Assembly: GCA_023249615.1 (NCBI GenBank)
Contig: JAHFCG010000001.1
Span: 2,257-66,256 of the forward strand
Length of the DNA: 64,000 nucleotides
Origin: a candidate division FCPU426 bacterium
Lineage (GTDB): Bacteria > Oederibacteriota > Muellerivitia > Muellerivitales > Muellerivitaceae
Direction of reading: 5' to 3'
The translations under genes were made by a program, and so were the position numbers. The notes beneath the pieces are model-generated. The model did no database searches. It saw only the letters and a list, made by a program, of their open reading frames with translations, and had not been told where the DNA came from. Below, one piece after another: positions 49,414 through 59,037 of the stretch. Position 1 is the stretch's first letter. Each line of letters starts with the position of its first letter.

Positions 49414-51717
49414 TTAACTTATCTTTGAAAATATCCCCGTGAGGGTGTTCTTTTTAATTTTGGCTTCCTCTATTTTCTTTTGCGCGCGTTCATTCGCCGG
49501 ATCGATTTCCAGAATTTTGCTCCAGAGCCTGATGGCCTGGTCCATGTCATTTTGATCAAAGAATGTTTTTCCCTCGGCGTAATACTTTTCGGATTCCTGT
49601 TGAATGACAGCCTTCAGGGCCCCCAGTTGGCGGACGACTTCAGGATGCCCCGGTGAAAGCCGCAGCACCTTCGTGTATTCCTTTTGGGCGGTCGAGAGAT
49701 CGCCGGACTGGTGGGCGTTCCAACCCTCCTGAAAAATTTCATTAATCTGAAGTTCGTGCATTTGTGTTGTTTTCTGAAGATAGGCGTTCAGGTAGGCATT
49801 GCCATCCGCCTTCGATATGGCCTTTTTAAAAAACTCCATCGCGGTTTGAAAATCGCTTCGGACATAACTCCGGACCCCTTGTTCAAAAAGATTTAAAATG
49901 GGTTCCTTTTCCGGATTGGCTTCCAAACCCTCGACCCCGAAGGAAAGTAGCTTGGCGATGCCCTGTTGCAGGTAACGGGAAACATCCTCCAAGTCGGAAT
50001 TTAAATCATAAGCCTTGTTCCAGGCCACGAGGGCCCCCAATAAATCCCCAGCCTTGTACAACTCGATGGCGGACTGGTTCAAGGAATCGGCCCTGACTTT
50101 TGCCTGTTCTTTTTGGATCGCGGTTTTAAGATCCCTCTGTAAAACCCGGGCCTGTTCGTTTTGGGGATCAAGGGTAAGGGCCTGGTTGACCTGCGCGAGG
50201 GCGTTGGCAAGGTCCGACTGCTGCTGATAGGTTACGGCGTTTTGATAAAACTCCCGGGCCTTGGTCCGGTTATCCAGTTCTTCCTGAATCGCCTTGATGT
50301 AGGCTTTCGCCTGTTTGTTCTCGGGATCCGTTTCCAGTGTTTTTTGGAACTCTAGAATCGCGGCCTGGTGTTTTCCTTCCCGATACATTTGAAGGGCGGT
50401 TTTAATACCCGAGGAGGCATCCTTCTTCTTTTCCGTTTTATCGTCCATTTCCCGCAACCGGGCCATGAGGGTGTTAGCCTCTTTGTGATCCGGGATTTCC
50501 TGCAATACCCGTTTCAATTCACCCCGCGCGTCATCGAAGCGGTTTTTCGCGTAATATTCCTGCGCGCGTTTCATCCACCCCGAGACCCGGTCTTTTTGTT
50601 GCGCGTTTTCCATTTGGGAAATGAGGGATTGCGCCGAGGCCCGGGAGGTGGAAATTCCCTTGAGGCCAAGGTCAATTTCACTTGGCGAAGTCGCTTGTTC
50701 CATGGCGCTTTCCTTCGTGATAAAACCGCCCCGAACCAGTTGAATAAGGGATTGGTCGAAGGTTTGCATCCCGTATTGGCTTTGTCCTTCAGCGATAAAC
50801 CCCCGAATATGGCTAATTTTTCCCTCGGCGATAAGCGATTTGATGGTGGGGGTCGCGATCATGATTTCCGCCGCCGGAACCACCCCGACACCGTCAGCCT
50901 TGCTGACAAGGCGTTGGGAAATGACCGCCCGGATGGTGTTGGACAACTGGATCCGGATCTGGTTTTGTTGGGCCGGGGGGAAAAAATCAAGAATACGCTC
51001 CATGGTTTGAACGGTATCCATCGTATGGAGGGTTGATAAAACCAGATGCCCTGTTTCGGCCGCGGAGATGGCCGCGGAAACCGTTTCGACATCCCGCATT
51101 TCACCAATAAGAATAATGTCAGGATCCTGGCGAAGAACGTATTTAAGGGCGGACCTGAAACTTTCAGTATCAAGCCCCACCTCCCGCTGGGTAACACTGG
51201 ATTTTTTATCCTTGTGCACAAACTCAATGGGATCTTCAACGGTAACAATGTGAGCCGCCCGGTTGAGATTCATTTCATTGATCAGGGCGGCCAGGGTGGT
51301 GGATTTACCGGAGCCGGTGATTCCCGTGACCAGGATCAGACCCCGCTGTTCCATCGCGATTTGTTTCAAAACCGCGGTGGGCATGTTGATGTCCTCAATC
51401 CGGGGAATGTTTTGGGGAATCTGCCTCATGATGATTTCCGGCAATCCCCTTTGCCACATGGCGTTGGTCCGGAACCGGGCCAAACCCTCAACGGCGTAGG
51501 CCAGGTCAACCTCGCGGTGTTCCTCAAAAAAAATTCTTTGTTGTTTTTCGTCCATCAGGTAGGAAGCCACTTCGGCCAATTCCTGGGGAGAAAGGGGGGT
51601 TTCGCCTTGCGGGGTCAAATCACCGTCAATTCGAAACAGGGGGGGAGCGCCGGCCTTCATATGAACGTCGGAGGCCTTTTTTTCAACCATGGAACTGAGA
51701 ATTTGTTGAAGGTCCAT
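49414..51717 (-). CDS. pilT: PilT-family type IV pilus retraction-type ATPase fused to a ~420 aa C-terminal TPR region
   Basis: N-terminal MDLQQILSSMVEKKASDVHMKAGAPPLFRIDGDL (PilT N-terminus), Walker A LILVTGITGSGKSTTLAALI, followed by TPR repeats to the C-terminus. Confidence 0.75.
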   Translation of the reverse strand: MDLQQILSSMVEKKASDVHMKAGAPPLFRIDGDLTPQGETPLSPQELAEVASYLMDEKQQRIFFEEHREVDLAYAVEGLARFRTNAMWQRGLPEIIMRQIPQNIPRIEDINMPTAVLKQIAMEQRGLILVTGITGSGKSTTLAALINEMNLNRAAHIVTVEDPIEFVHKDKKSSVTQREVGLDTESFRSALKYVLRQDPDIILIGEMRDVETVSAAISAAETGHLVLSTLHTMDTVQTMERILDFFPPAQQNQIRIQLSNTIRAVISQRLVSKADGVGVVPAAEIMIATPTIKSLIAEGKISHIRGFIAEGQSQYGMQTFDQSLIQLVRGGFITKESAMEQATSPSEIDLGLKGISTSRASAQSLISQMENAQQKDRVSGWMKRAQEYYAKNRFDDARGELKRVLQEIPDHKEANTLMARLREMDDKTEKKKDASSGIKTALQMYREGKHQAAILEFQKTLETDPENKQAKAYIKAIQEELDNRTKAREFYQNAVTYQQQSDLANALAQVNQALTLDPQNEQARVLQRDLKTAIQKEQAKVRADSLNQSAIELYKAGDLLGALVAWNKAYDLNSDLEDVSRYLQQGIAKLLSFGVEGLEANPEKEPILNLFEQGVRSYVRSDFQTAMEFFKKAISKADGNAYLNAYLQKTTQMHELQINEIFQEGWNAHQSGDLSTAQKEYTKVLRLSPGHPEVVRQLGALKAVIQQESEKYYAEGKTFFDQNDMDQAIRLWSKILEIDPANERAQKKIEEAKIKKNTLTGIFSKIS

Positions 51718-51803
51718 CCAGGCTCCTAAAAATGACCCAAGGTGTGGAAATCGGTGTTTATTATAGCAATTCCCCGGCTGGAAAAACTCTCTATTTTAAG
51801 GTT

Positions 51804-53993
51804 TTACGGGGCCTCCGGAAGCATCCCTGTTGAGGTTTTAAAGGCCGCCGCCGCCAAAAAGAAGAGGCCGTTCTTTTTAAAATTCTCACCTAAAACCTCA
51901 TATTCGGTTTTGGTTCTATGAATTCCGGGGATCTTCTTTCCGGAAGCCAGGATTAGTTCTATCCCCTTGATCCTTTCCTCCAGACCTTTGGAATTCCCGG
52001 ACGAACGTTCGGTTTTCCTAAGGATATCGGCGGCTTGAATCAGGTTCCCTTCCATTTCAAAAGCCTTTGCCGTGTTGATGGCACCCGGTAAATAAGAAGG
52101 ATCGATTTGAAACGCGAGCCCGCATAAAAAACGCGCGAGCTCCGGATAACCCCTTTTCCCCATGAGAACCGCCAAATCGTTCAAAGCGCCGGCCTCTTTT
52201 TTAAAAGTCAAACCTCTTTCAAAAAGAAGAAGGGCCTGTTCCTCGCGGCCCCGGCCCAGCAATTCCCTTGCCGGCAAGAAATATTGGTCGCCGTAATATT
52301 GGAAAATTTCTCCCGAGGAAAAATCCAGTCCGGGGAAAAAGTGGAATTCCTCAAGCCCCCTCAGGCGTTGCCCCTTTACCGACTCAAGGGTTCTTTGAAG
52401 GAGGGTTTCGGGTTTTTCCGGCCGCGGATTCCATTTCAAAACCAGTCCATTGGGGTCCCAATTCCCCGGAAAGGAATGAAGGACAGGCCAAAGTTTCTGG
52501 GTTTGAAGGGAATAAAAAAATCCACCCGAAGATCCCGCCCCAGCGATTCCTTCCAGACGGTCCCCGAAAGCATGGGTTTCCTTTAAAACCCTTTCAATGA
52601 AAAGGTTTTGCCTGCCCCATTGTGTCCATCCCCAATCATGAAGTAAAAAAACGGAGGGCTCAAAGGCAATATCCCTCCTGATTTCCTGTGCTTCCCGTTG
52701 ATAAAAAATCGGAAAAACATAATGATCCCCCTCCGCCAGAAAAATCGAGCCACGGGGGATGTTTCTCAGGCTGTTTTTTCCAAAATCCTCCGCGAGGAAA
52801 TAGCGGCTTTTGTTTTCCCACCCGTCGACTTTTAACAACCAAAAAAGCGAGCCAAGGAAAAATATCGGGATGATCCAACCCTGGGTGGGTTTATGGGTCC
52901 TCAGGTGATTGGCGCCGTAAAAAACAAAAATCAAAACCAGCCCCGAGGTGGAAACAAAATAAACATTAACCAAATAGAGGCGGTTTTGCTCATAGAGGGC
53001 GAAAAGGAGTATGGACAAAAAAACAGGGGCGAACAGTAGAAGGAGGGAAACGGCAAGCTCCCTTCGTTTTTTCCACATAAAATAGAAACCGGCGCACGCC
53101 ACAAGGAATAAACCCGGAAGCCAATTGAAAATAAAAATCCACGCGACTTCCAACAGGCGGGCCCCCGACAACGGTCCACCCCCGGTTCCAAATTCCCCGC
53201 CGGCGGCGAGTCTTCGCGAAACGACCCAGAGAAACCCCTTCCAGTGAACGGGGTTTCCCCAGCAAATTCCGGGATGCAGCGCCGCCCGCATCGGAAGATA
53301 AAGGTAAATGGAAAACCCAGTTAAGGTTATAGACGCCGTCAAAAATAAATTTTTCAGGCTCCAATTTTCCCGAAAATGAAAACCCCAGACGAGGAGAAAA
53401 GGAAGCCATAAAATTTGGGTTTGCCAGTGGTTTCCCATCCCGACCGCCCATAAATAAAAGGCGGTAATGACAAGAAACTTTTCATCCGAATTGTTTTCGC
53501 CCTGAATTTTTAAGGCCGCCAAAAGGACGCAAAACAGGAGGGTCAAGGTGTAAACCGCCCCTTTCGCGGTTAAACTTTGCGCGAAAAGACTCCTGTAGGA
53601 AATAAAAACTATTCCCAGAACCATTAACAATATTTCCTGACCAAGGCCTCGAAAGGCAACCGTTACACGCCGGCAGGATTGAAAAATAATCCCAAGGGAG
53701 GCCAGGGCAAGGGTTTGGGAAAAAAGATTCAGGCGGAAGGCGGGTGTGCCCACGGGAATCCAGGTAAAGCAATGAGCCGCAAGGTTAAAAAGAGGATAAC
53801 CGGGAGGATGAGGAAGGCCCAAACCAAAGGCGGCGGCGGTCATTTCCCCGCTGTCATCGGACATCAGCCCTGGGTTTTGCGCCCTTAAAAGTATTTGCCA
53901 GAGGATAAGAAAATAGGACAGCCAAACCCACCAGGGCAGGGGCGTATTGAATCCGCCGGTTTCTAATTTTACCGATCTTGCGGTTTTTCCCAA
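51804..53993 (-). CDS. DUF2723 / GT-C-fold (O-mannosyltransferase-like) polytopic membrane protein with a C-terminal TPR region
   Basis: N-terminal DSGEMTAAAFGLGLPHPPGYPLF motif, about 11 TM segments, and a C-terminal soluble TPR-like region. Confidence 0.6.
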   Translation of the reverse strand: MGKTARSVKLETGGFNTPLPWWVWLSYFLILWQILLRAQNPGLMSDDSGEMTAAAFGLGLPHPPGYPLFNLAAHCFTWIPVGTPAFRLNLFSQTLALASLGIIFQSCRRVTVAFRGLGQEILLMVLGIVFISYRSLFAQSLTAKGAVYTLTLLFCVLLAALKIQGENNSDEKFLVITAFYLWAVGMGNHWQTQILWLPFLLVWGFHFRENWSLKNLFLTASITLTGFSIYLYLPMRAALHPGICWGNPVHWKGFLWVVSRRLAAGGEFGTGGGPLSGARLLEVAWIFIFNWLPGLFLVACAGFYFMWKKRRELAVSLLLLFAPVFLSILLFALYEQNRLYLVNVYFVSTSGLVLIFVFYGANHLRTHKPTQGWIIPIFFLGSLFWLLKVDGWENKSRYFLAEDFGKNSLRNIPRGSIFLAEGDHYVFPIFYQREAQEIRRDIAFEPSVFLLHDWGWTQWGRQNLFIERVLKETHAFGDRLEGIAGAGSSGGFFYSLQTQKLWPVLHSFPGNWDPNGLVLKWNPRPEKPETLLQRTLESVKGQRLRGLEEFHFFPGLDFSSGEIFQYYGDQYFLPARELLGRGREEQALLLFERGLTFKKEAGALNDLAVLMGKRGYPELARFLCGLAFQIDPSYLPGAINTAKAFEMEGNLIQAADILRKTERSSGNSKGLEERIKGIELILASGKKIPGIHRTKTEYEVLGENFKKNGLFFLAAAAFKTSTGMLPEAP

Positions 53994-54023
53994 ATAAACC
54001 CACCCTTCACGCTTCGCTTCCCT

Positions 54024-56471
54024 TTATTTGTTCAGGAGCTTCCATAATTCAACCTGGGCTTCCTTGTTTTCGGGGTTAATTCCAAGTACCGCCCGATAGG
54101 CTTCCTCGGCCTTGATCCGGCTCCCCATCCGCGCCATCAAACGTCCCATGGTCAACTGGGCCTCAATCTGTTTCGGATTTAACCGGACGGAGGATTCAAG
54201 AAGCGCTTTTGCTTCCTGGGCCCGTCCCTCGCGGTTGAAAATGATGGAAAGCTGGTATTGGGCATCGGCTAATTCCGTGTTCAGGCGGATCATTTCATCA
54301 AGCAATGTTACGCTTTTGACCTCGTTTTTTTCTTTTTGCGCTTCCTCAAGTTCCCCGATCAACTGGTTCAAACGGGCGGGTTTTGTTCTTATCGTTTTTT
54401 CAAACTCAAGCTGGGCCGCCTCTAGGATATTCTGTTGTGAATACATTTTCGAAAGAAGCGCTTGGGGTTCGGTGTAACCAGGATCTAGCTTTAAGGCCCG
54501 ATCCAGGGCGTGAATGGATGCAAGATAAAGACCCTTCTCCATGAGATTCTTTCCCAGTTCATTAAAACCGGAAATATAACGGTAAAAATATTCCTTTGTC
54601 GGGCCATTCGTTTTCTCTTCCGGCCTTGGAAGCGCCGATAAATCCAGTCGGTATTGGATGTTTTCCAACGAGGCCCCCGTTGGCCCGCTCCCGCCGAATA
54701 CCCTCGTCAAAACCGCGGGATAACCGGAATCCTCCTTCCATTCGGGGAGGGGGGTTGAAAGGGACCGGTGTATTTCCCAATAATTCCTGTTATTCAAAAG
54801 TAAATTTTTGAACAAATCCTCCTCGGACCCCAGAAGGGAGGAAAACAACAACTCCGGCTCCCTTTGAATCAACTGGTTGAGGTACCACCTTTGGGCCAGG
54901 TATCTTTTTTCAAGAATGACCGCCGAAAGGGAAACCGGCTCAATCAGGCGGGCCTCCCGGCAGGCGTACGCCTCAAATTCATCATCACAAACCAAAACTT
55001 TTTTTGGATTCGGTGTTTCAGCGGGGAATCCCGGGGTCGCGGGGGACGGTTCATCCGTATTGACCTTGTTGGAGCTTGAAAGTATTTGAAGGAGGTTCAG
55101 GGCGTGTTGTTGGGGGAAAAATATTCCGCTTCGATAAAAATGCTGGCCCGGCAGCAGCGACAGCCACGAACCGACGAAAAGAAATAATCCCGCGGTGATC
55201 AAAAGCCGGGAACCGGAAAAATAACCCGTTTGCCTTCTTTCCATGCCCTTTTCGAGAAGTTTAAGGAACATTTCCCCCAGCCCCAGCGGGATCAAAAGAG
55301 CCGTCGTTCCCAGGGCTTCGGAGGAAAAAGAAAAAAACAAAATCCCACCCATGAAAGCGAGAACCCATAACCAAAGGTCCAGGGTTGGATAAAGGGATTT
55401 GTTGCCGGTTTTCCACTTGAAAAAATAAAGGCTTGCAAGCAAAAAAACAACGCCGAAGAGAAAAACCGTCCCCCAACCCCAGGCCTCCAGGGCCGACAGC
55501 AGGGACCATTTCCGGTCGGAATAAAACAAAAACAGGGATTTCCAGTTGATAACCATCTCCCAAAAAGGCCGAGGCCCTCCCCAGGAGGGAAAACTTTTTT
55601 CAGTCCTGAAAATAACCCAGGCAAAGGGAGTCAGACCCAAAAAAAAAGGAAATAAATAATCCCTCCAGCTCCATCTCCTGAAATCAAGTGAACCTAAAAG
55701 TTTGATGGAGCCCAAAAAACCCCAAAGGGGGTGGATGGCCCAAAGAAGGCCCAGGTTCAATCCGAGGGCCCTGCCCGGTTTTTCCTCAAGATCCAGTAAA
55801 TATTTCTGGAAAAGAAAAAGAAGGAGGCCGAGGGATCCGATTAAACCCATCGCGGTTGTGGCTGTGTTCCAAAAAGGGAGGGTTAGCGCCGAAAACCAGG
55901 AAACCGCCGGCACCAGGAACAAATTGGAAAGGGTTTTGTTTTTTATGCCGTGGGTGAAACCCATTACGAAAAAAAACAGGGCAAGGGCCAAAACGAAACC
56001 GGAAAGTTCCGGTAGAAGTGTAAATTGTCTTTGGGGAAGCAGAAAACAGGCGGCCTGGGCCAAAAGGTAGCTCAACGGCGACCAGGGGGGCTCCGCCACG
56101 GCACCCGCGTGGATGGAAAGCCAGAAGGCGGGATCTTTGCCCCAAAAAAAACCGGGCAGCCGGTTTGCTTCAAAAAGGATCCACGGAACTCCGGCCCCGG
56201 CCAGACCCAAAAAAAAGGCTAAAAATGAGAATTGAAAAAAACGGAACAAATCCCAGCAAAAACCGAAAATCAAAAGCGATGTGATTACCATCAGGGATCC
56301 CTTTCCCATTTGTCCCTGGTAAAACAAAAACCATCCCCATGGCAATAATCCCGACGCGGTCGTCAACAGGAATTTTTGAAGTCTGGACCTTACAACGTCC
56401 CGGATTCTCGCGTTTTCCTCAGCGGCGATTTCCTCGATATTACGCACGGTTTTTTTCCCGAAGGATGGCAA
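54024..56471 (-). CDS. Second DUF2723-like polytopic membrane protein with C-terminal TPR (paralog)
   Basis: Same architecture, with ...EANRLPGFFWGKDP...AEPPWSPL at the equivalent position, and C-terminal TPR. Confidence 0.5.
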   Translation of the reverse strand: MPSFGKKTVRNIEEIAAEENARIRDVVRSRLQKFLLTTASGLLPWGWFLFYQGQMGKGSLMVITSLLIFGFCWDLFRFFQFSFLAFFLGLAGAGVPWILFEANRLPGFFWGKDPAFWLSIHAGAVAEPPWSPLSYLLAQAACFLLPQRQFTLLPELSGFVLALALFFFVMGFTHGIKNKTLSNLFLVPAVSWFSALTLPFWNTATTAMGLIGSLGLLLFLFQKYLLDLEEKPGRALGLNLGLLWAIHPLWGFLGSIKLLGSLDFRRWSWRDYLFPFFLGLTPFAWVIFRTEKSFPSWGGPRPFWEMVINWKSLFLFYSDRKWSLLSALEAWGWGTVFLFGVVFLLASLYFFKWKTGNKSLYPTLDLWLWVLAFMGGILFFSFSSEALGTTALLIPLGLGEMFLKLLEKGMERRQTGYFSGSRLLITAGLFLFVGSWLSLLPGQHFYRSGIFFPQQHALNLLQILSSSNKVNTDEPSPATPGFPAETPNPKKVLVCDDEFEAYACREARLIEPVSLSAVILEKRYLAQRWYLNQLIQREPELLFSSLLGSEEDLFKNLLLNNRNYWEIHRSLSTPLPEWKEDSGYPAVLTRVFGGSGPTGASLENIQYRLDLSALPRPEEKTNGPTKEYFYRYISGFNELGKNLMEKGLYLASIHALDRALKLDPGYTEPQALLSKMYSQQNILEAAQLEFEKTIRTKPARLNQLIGELEEAQKEKNEVKSVTLLDEMIRLNTELADAQYQLSIIFNREGRAQEAKALLESSVRLNPKQIEAQLTMGRLMARMGSRIKAEEAYRAVLGINPENKEAQVELWKLLNK

Positions 56472-57189
56472 GGCCGGTCAAAGTCAAATTCGGATCCACC
56501 CTTTTGAATAACCCGGTCTTTCTGAAAACCTCCGACCAACCGCCGGTGGCGATGGCGGGAGCCCGGGTCCCCAACTCCTTCCGGATTCCGGCCAGAAGTT
56601 CCCGGGTAGTTCCCACGGCCCCGTGGTAAACCCCGGAACGAACCGCCTCTTCCGTGGTTCGTCCGATCGAGTTTTTAACCGGCTCAAATTTCACCCGGGG
56701 TATTTTGGCTGTAAATTCATGGAGGGCCTGAAGGGAAATTCCCAAGCCGGGCAAAATGGCCCCCCCGCAATAGGCTCCCTGACGGTTTACCACGTCGAAC
56801 GTGGTGCCTGTTCCGTAATCCACCACGATCACCGGGGCTCCATAAAGCTCCTTGGCGGCCACCGCGTTCGCCAAGCGGTCAGCGCCCACTTGGCCGGGTT
56901 TTTTCACCCGGACGGCTATTCCCAGTTTTTTTCCGATTTTCACGAATTCAGGGGTTAAGTTAAAAGCGTCCATGAGGCCGCGGCGCAAAAGCGGGTCCAC
57001 GGCGGGAACCACACTAGCGACCATCAGCCCCTCAGCCTCGGAGGTTTTCCAAATGCGCGTTGCCCAGACCCTCGCGTTCCGGAGGTTTCGAAGGGAATCC
57101 GTGGGAACAACCATTCTCCGAATAACCTTCCGCCCCTCCATAAGCGCGGAAACGGTTCTTGTGTTGCCAACCAGAACGGCCCAAATCAT
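56440..57189 (-). CDS. coaX: Type III pantothenate kinase
   Basis: MIWAVLVGNTRT...VDYGTGTTFDVV, Bvg accessory factor family. Confidence 0.85.
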   Translation of the reverse strand: MIWAVLVGNTRTVSALMEGRKVIRRMVVPTDSLRNLRNARVWATRIWKTSEAEGLMVASVVPAVDPLLRRGLMDAFNLTPEFVKIGKKLGIAVRVKKPGQVGADRLANAVAAKELYGAPVIVVDYGTGTTFDVVNRQGAYCGGAILPGLGISLQALHEFTAKIPRVKFEPVKNSIGRTTEEAVRSGVYHGAVGTTRELLAGIRKELGTRAPAIATGGWSEVFRKTGLFKRVDPNLTLTGLAILREKNRA

Positions 57190-58031
57190 GAACGCCTCTT
57201 TCTCTTCCTCAACCGGAGAATCTCAACATCCCCTGAGGTGATTCTCTCAACCACCCCGACATCCGTGCGGATTAGAAGGGCACCTTTCTCATCCAAATCC
57301 ACCGCCTGACCGTAAAAATCCCTGTGGGCCTGGGAAACCCTCACCTGACTGCCAAGGGTGACATTCCTTTTTTTCCATTCTCCCAGCACCTTGGGGAACT
57401 TTCTTTCGGTTACCTTCCGGTAGGTATCTTCCAAATTCAAAAGAAGCCTCTGAAAAAAGACGGCCCGATTAATTTTTTTCCTGGAGAAGATCCGGAGGCT
57501 TGTGGCGTTTTCCCTCAGATCTTTTGGAAAATCCCCCGGCACCTGGTTTAGGTTGATCCCAATCCCAAGAATCACCGGGGATATTTTATCTTTTTTAGCG
57601 CCCAATTCCGTCAAAATGCCGCAAACTTTCTTCCCCTCCAAAAGCAAATCATTGGGCCATTTGATTTTGGGGTGAATCCGGTAGGCTTCCAGGGTCCACG
57701 CGACAGCCACCGCGGCCGCCAGGGTTATCTCGGAAATTTCATCGAGGGGAAGTTTGGGCTTTAGAATTATTGAAAAGGCGAGGGATTTTCCCTGTTTCAC
57801 CACCCATCGTCTTCCCTGCCGGCCCCGGCCATTGGTTTGAACCTCGGCCGTTACCACGGCCCCCTCGGGTGCCCCTTCCTGGGCCAAAAGAAGAGCCGTA
57901 TCGTTTGTGGAAGATACACTTTCCAGGCAAAGAGTGGGACGACCGAAGGTTTTTGTTCCAAGACCCCGGAGGATAATTTCCTGGGAAAAGGGCTCCGTGT
58001 TTTTGGGGGGGCGCGGGGTTGAATTCTTCAA
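57186..58031 (-). CDS. birA: Biotin--[acetyl-CoA-carboxylase] ligase BirA (catalytic domain)
   Basis: ...GRGRQGRRW...; birA-coaX adjacency. Confidence 0.8.
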   Translation of the reverse strand: MKNSTPRPPKNTEPFSQEIILRGLGTKTFGRPTLCLESVSSTNDTALLLAQEGAPEGAVVTAEVQTNGRGRQGRRWVVKQGKSLAFSIILKPKLPLDEISEITLAAAVAVAWTLEAYRIHPKIKWPNDLLLEGKKVCGILTELGAKKDKISPVILGIGINLNQVPGDFPKDLRENATSLRIFSRKKINRAVFFQRLLLNLEDTYRKVTERKFPKVLGEWKKRNVTLGSQVRVSQAHRDFYGQAVDLDEKGALLIRTDVGVVERITSGDVEILRLRKRKRRS

Positions 58032-58873
58032 CTTGGAAATAACTCCACAGAAAAATCAACCGAGGGGGCGGAATGGGTGAGCGCCCCCGAGGAAAACCGG
58101 TCAACGGGAATTCGGGAATACTTTTTTATGTTTTTTAAAGTCAGTCCTCCGGAAATTTCAACCTGCATTTTTCTCCGGACAAGTTTCAGGATTTTATCAA
58201 AGATTTGAGGAGGCGCGTTATCGACCAAAATAATATCGGCGCCGGCCCGCAGGGCTTCAGACGCCTGGTTGAAGTTTTCCACCTCCACCTCAATGAACTC
58301 ATCACGGCCGTATTTTCGGCGGGCCGCCTGAACGCAGGGGTAAACCCCCCCGCCCAATTTCAAATGGTTATCTTTGATGAGGACATGCCCCGAGAGATTG
58401 AATCGGTGGTTCATTCCTCCTCCCACCCGAACGGCGTACCTTTCAAGTGATCGTAAAAGAGGGGTGGTTTTTCGGGTGTCGTAAAGGCGGGAACCCTTGA
58501 TCCTTCCGGCAAATCGCCGGGTGAGTGTCGCGATTCCCGAGAGATGGCTCAGGAGATTCAATGCCACTCTTTCCCCAGAAAGAAGGGCTTGGGCCGGCCC
58601 CTCCAAGCCCGCGACCTTCATTCCGCTCCGTACCCTGGAACCCTCCTTTTTCAAAACCCGAAACCTGCATTTTTTGTCCAGTATTTTAAAAACCTCCGCC
58701 GCCAAGGGCAAACCCGCGAGAATCCCATCCGATTTAGCCAGAATCGCGCCTTTTGCCATTTGGCCGGAGGGTATGACCCCCCGGGTGGTCCTGTCATTCC
58801 AGGCCCCATCCTCCTTCAACGCCTGGCGAAGAAAAGGGCGAAGAGCACGGTTATCAAGTTTTTGCACTTTCAT
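58028..58873 (-). CDS. nadC: Nicotinate-nucleotide pyrophosphorylase (quinolinate phosphoribosyltransferase)
   Basis: Type II PRTase fold motifs; ~281 aa. Confidence 0.85.
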   Translation of the reverse strand: MKVQKLDNRALRPFLRQALKEDGAWNDRTTRGVIPSGQMAKGAILAKSDGILAGLPLAAEVFKILDKKCRFRVLKKEGSRVRSGMKVAGLEGPAQALLSGERVALNLLSHLSGIATLTRRFAGRIKGSRLYDTRKTTPLLRSLERYAVRVGGGMNHRFNLSGHVLIKDNHLKLGGGVYPCVQAARRKYGRDEFIEVEVENFNQASEALRAGADIILVDNAPPQIFDKILKLVRRKMQVEISGGLTLKNIKKYSRIPVDRFSSGALTHSAPSVDFSVELFPS

Positions 58874-58903
58874 TAAATCTCCAGAACTAAAAAGCTAAAA
58901 GAT

Positions 58904-59018
58904 GTCATTGCGAGGAGACCGTAATACGGTCGAGGAAGCAATCAGAAGCTAACAAAAAAATTCAGTTTTTTGTTGCATTGGATTGCCACGTCGGTCCGCA
59001 GGACCTCCTCGCAATGAC
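58904..59018. repeat. Structured intergenic element with a 14-bp outer inverted repeat (GTCATTGCGAGGAG / CTCCTCGCAATGAC) enclosing three small hairpins
   Basis: Hairpins gaccgtaatacggtc, caaaaaaattcagttttttg and ggtccgcaggacc. Confidence 0.5.
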
Positions 59019-59037
59019 AACAACCTTTTGTCTCACC

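Noticed and set aside
34755-56471. An MCP hidden in the che cluster, for example inside the TPR proteins
   Set aside because: No protein shows the highly conserved MCP signalling hairpin or a HAMP domain. The TPR proteins are TPR end to end, so the absence of an MCP appears real for this window.
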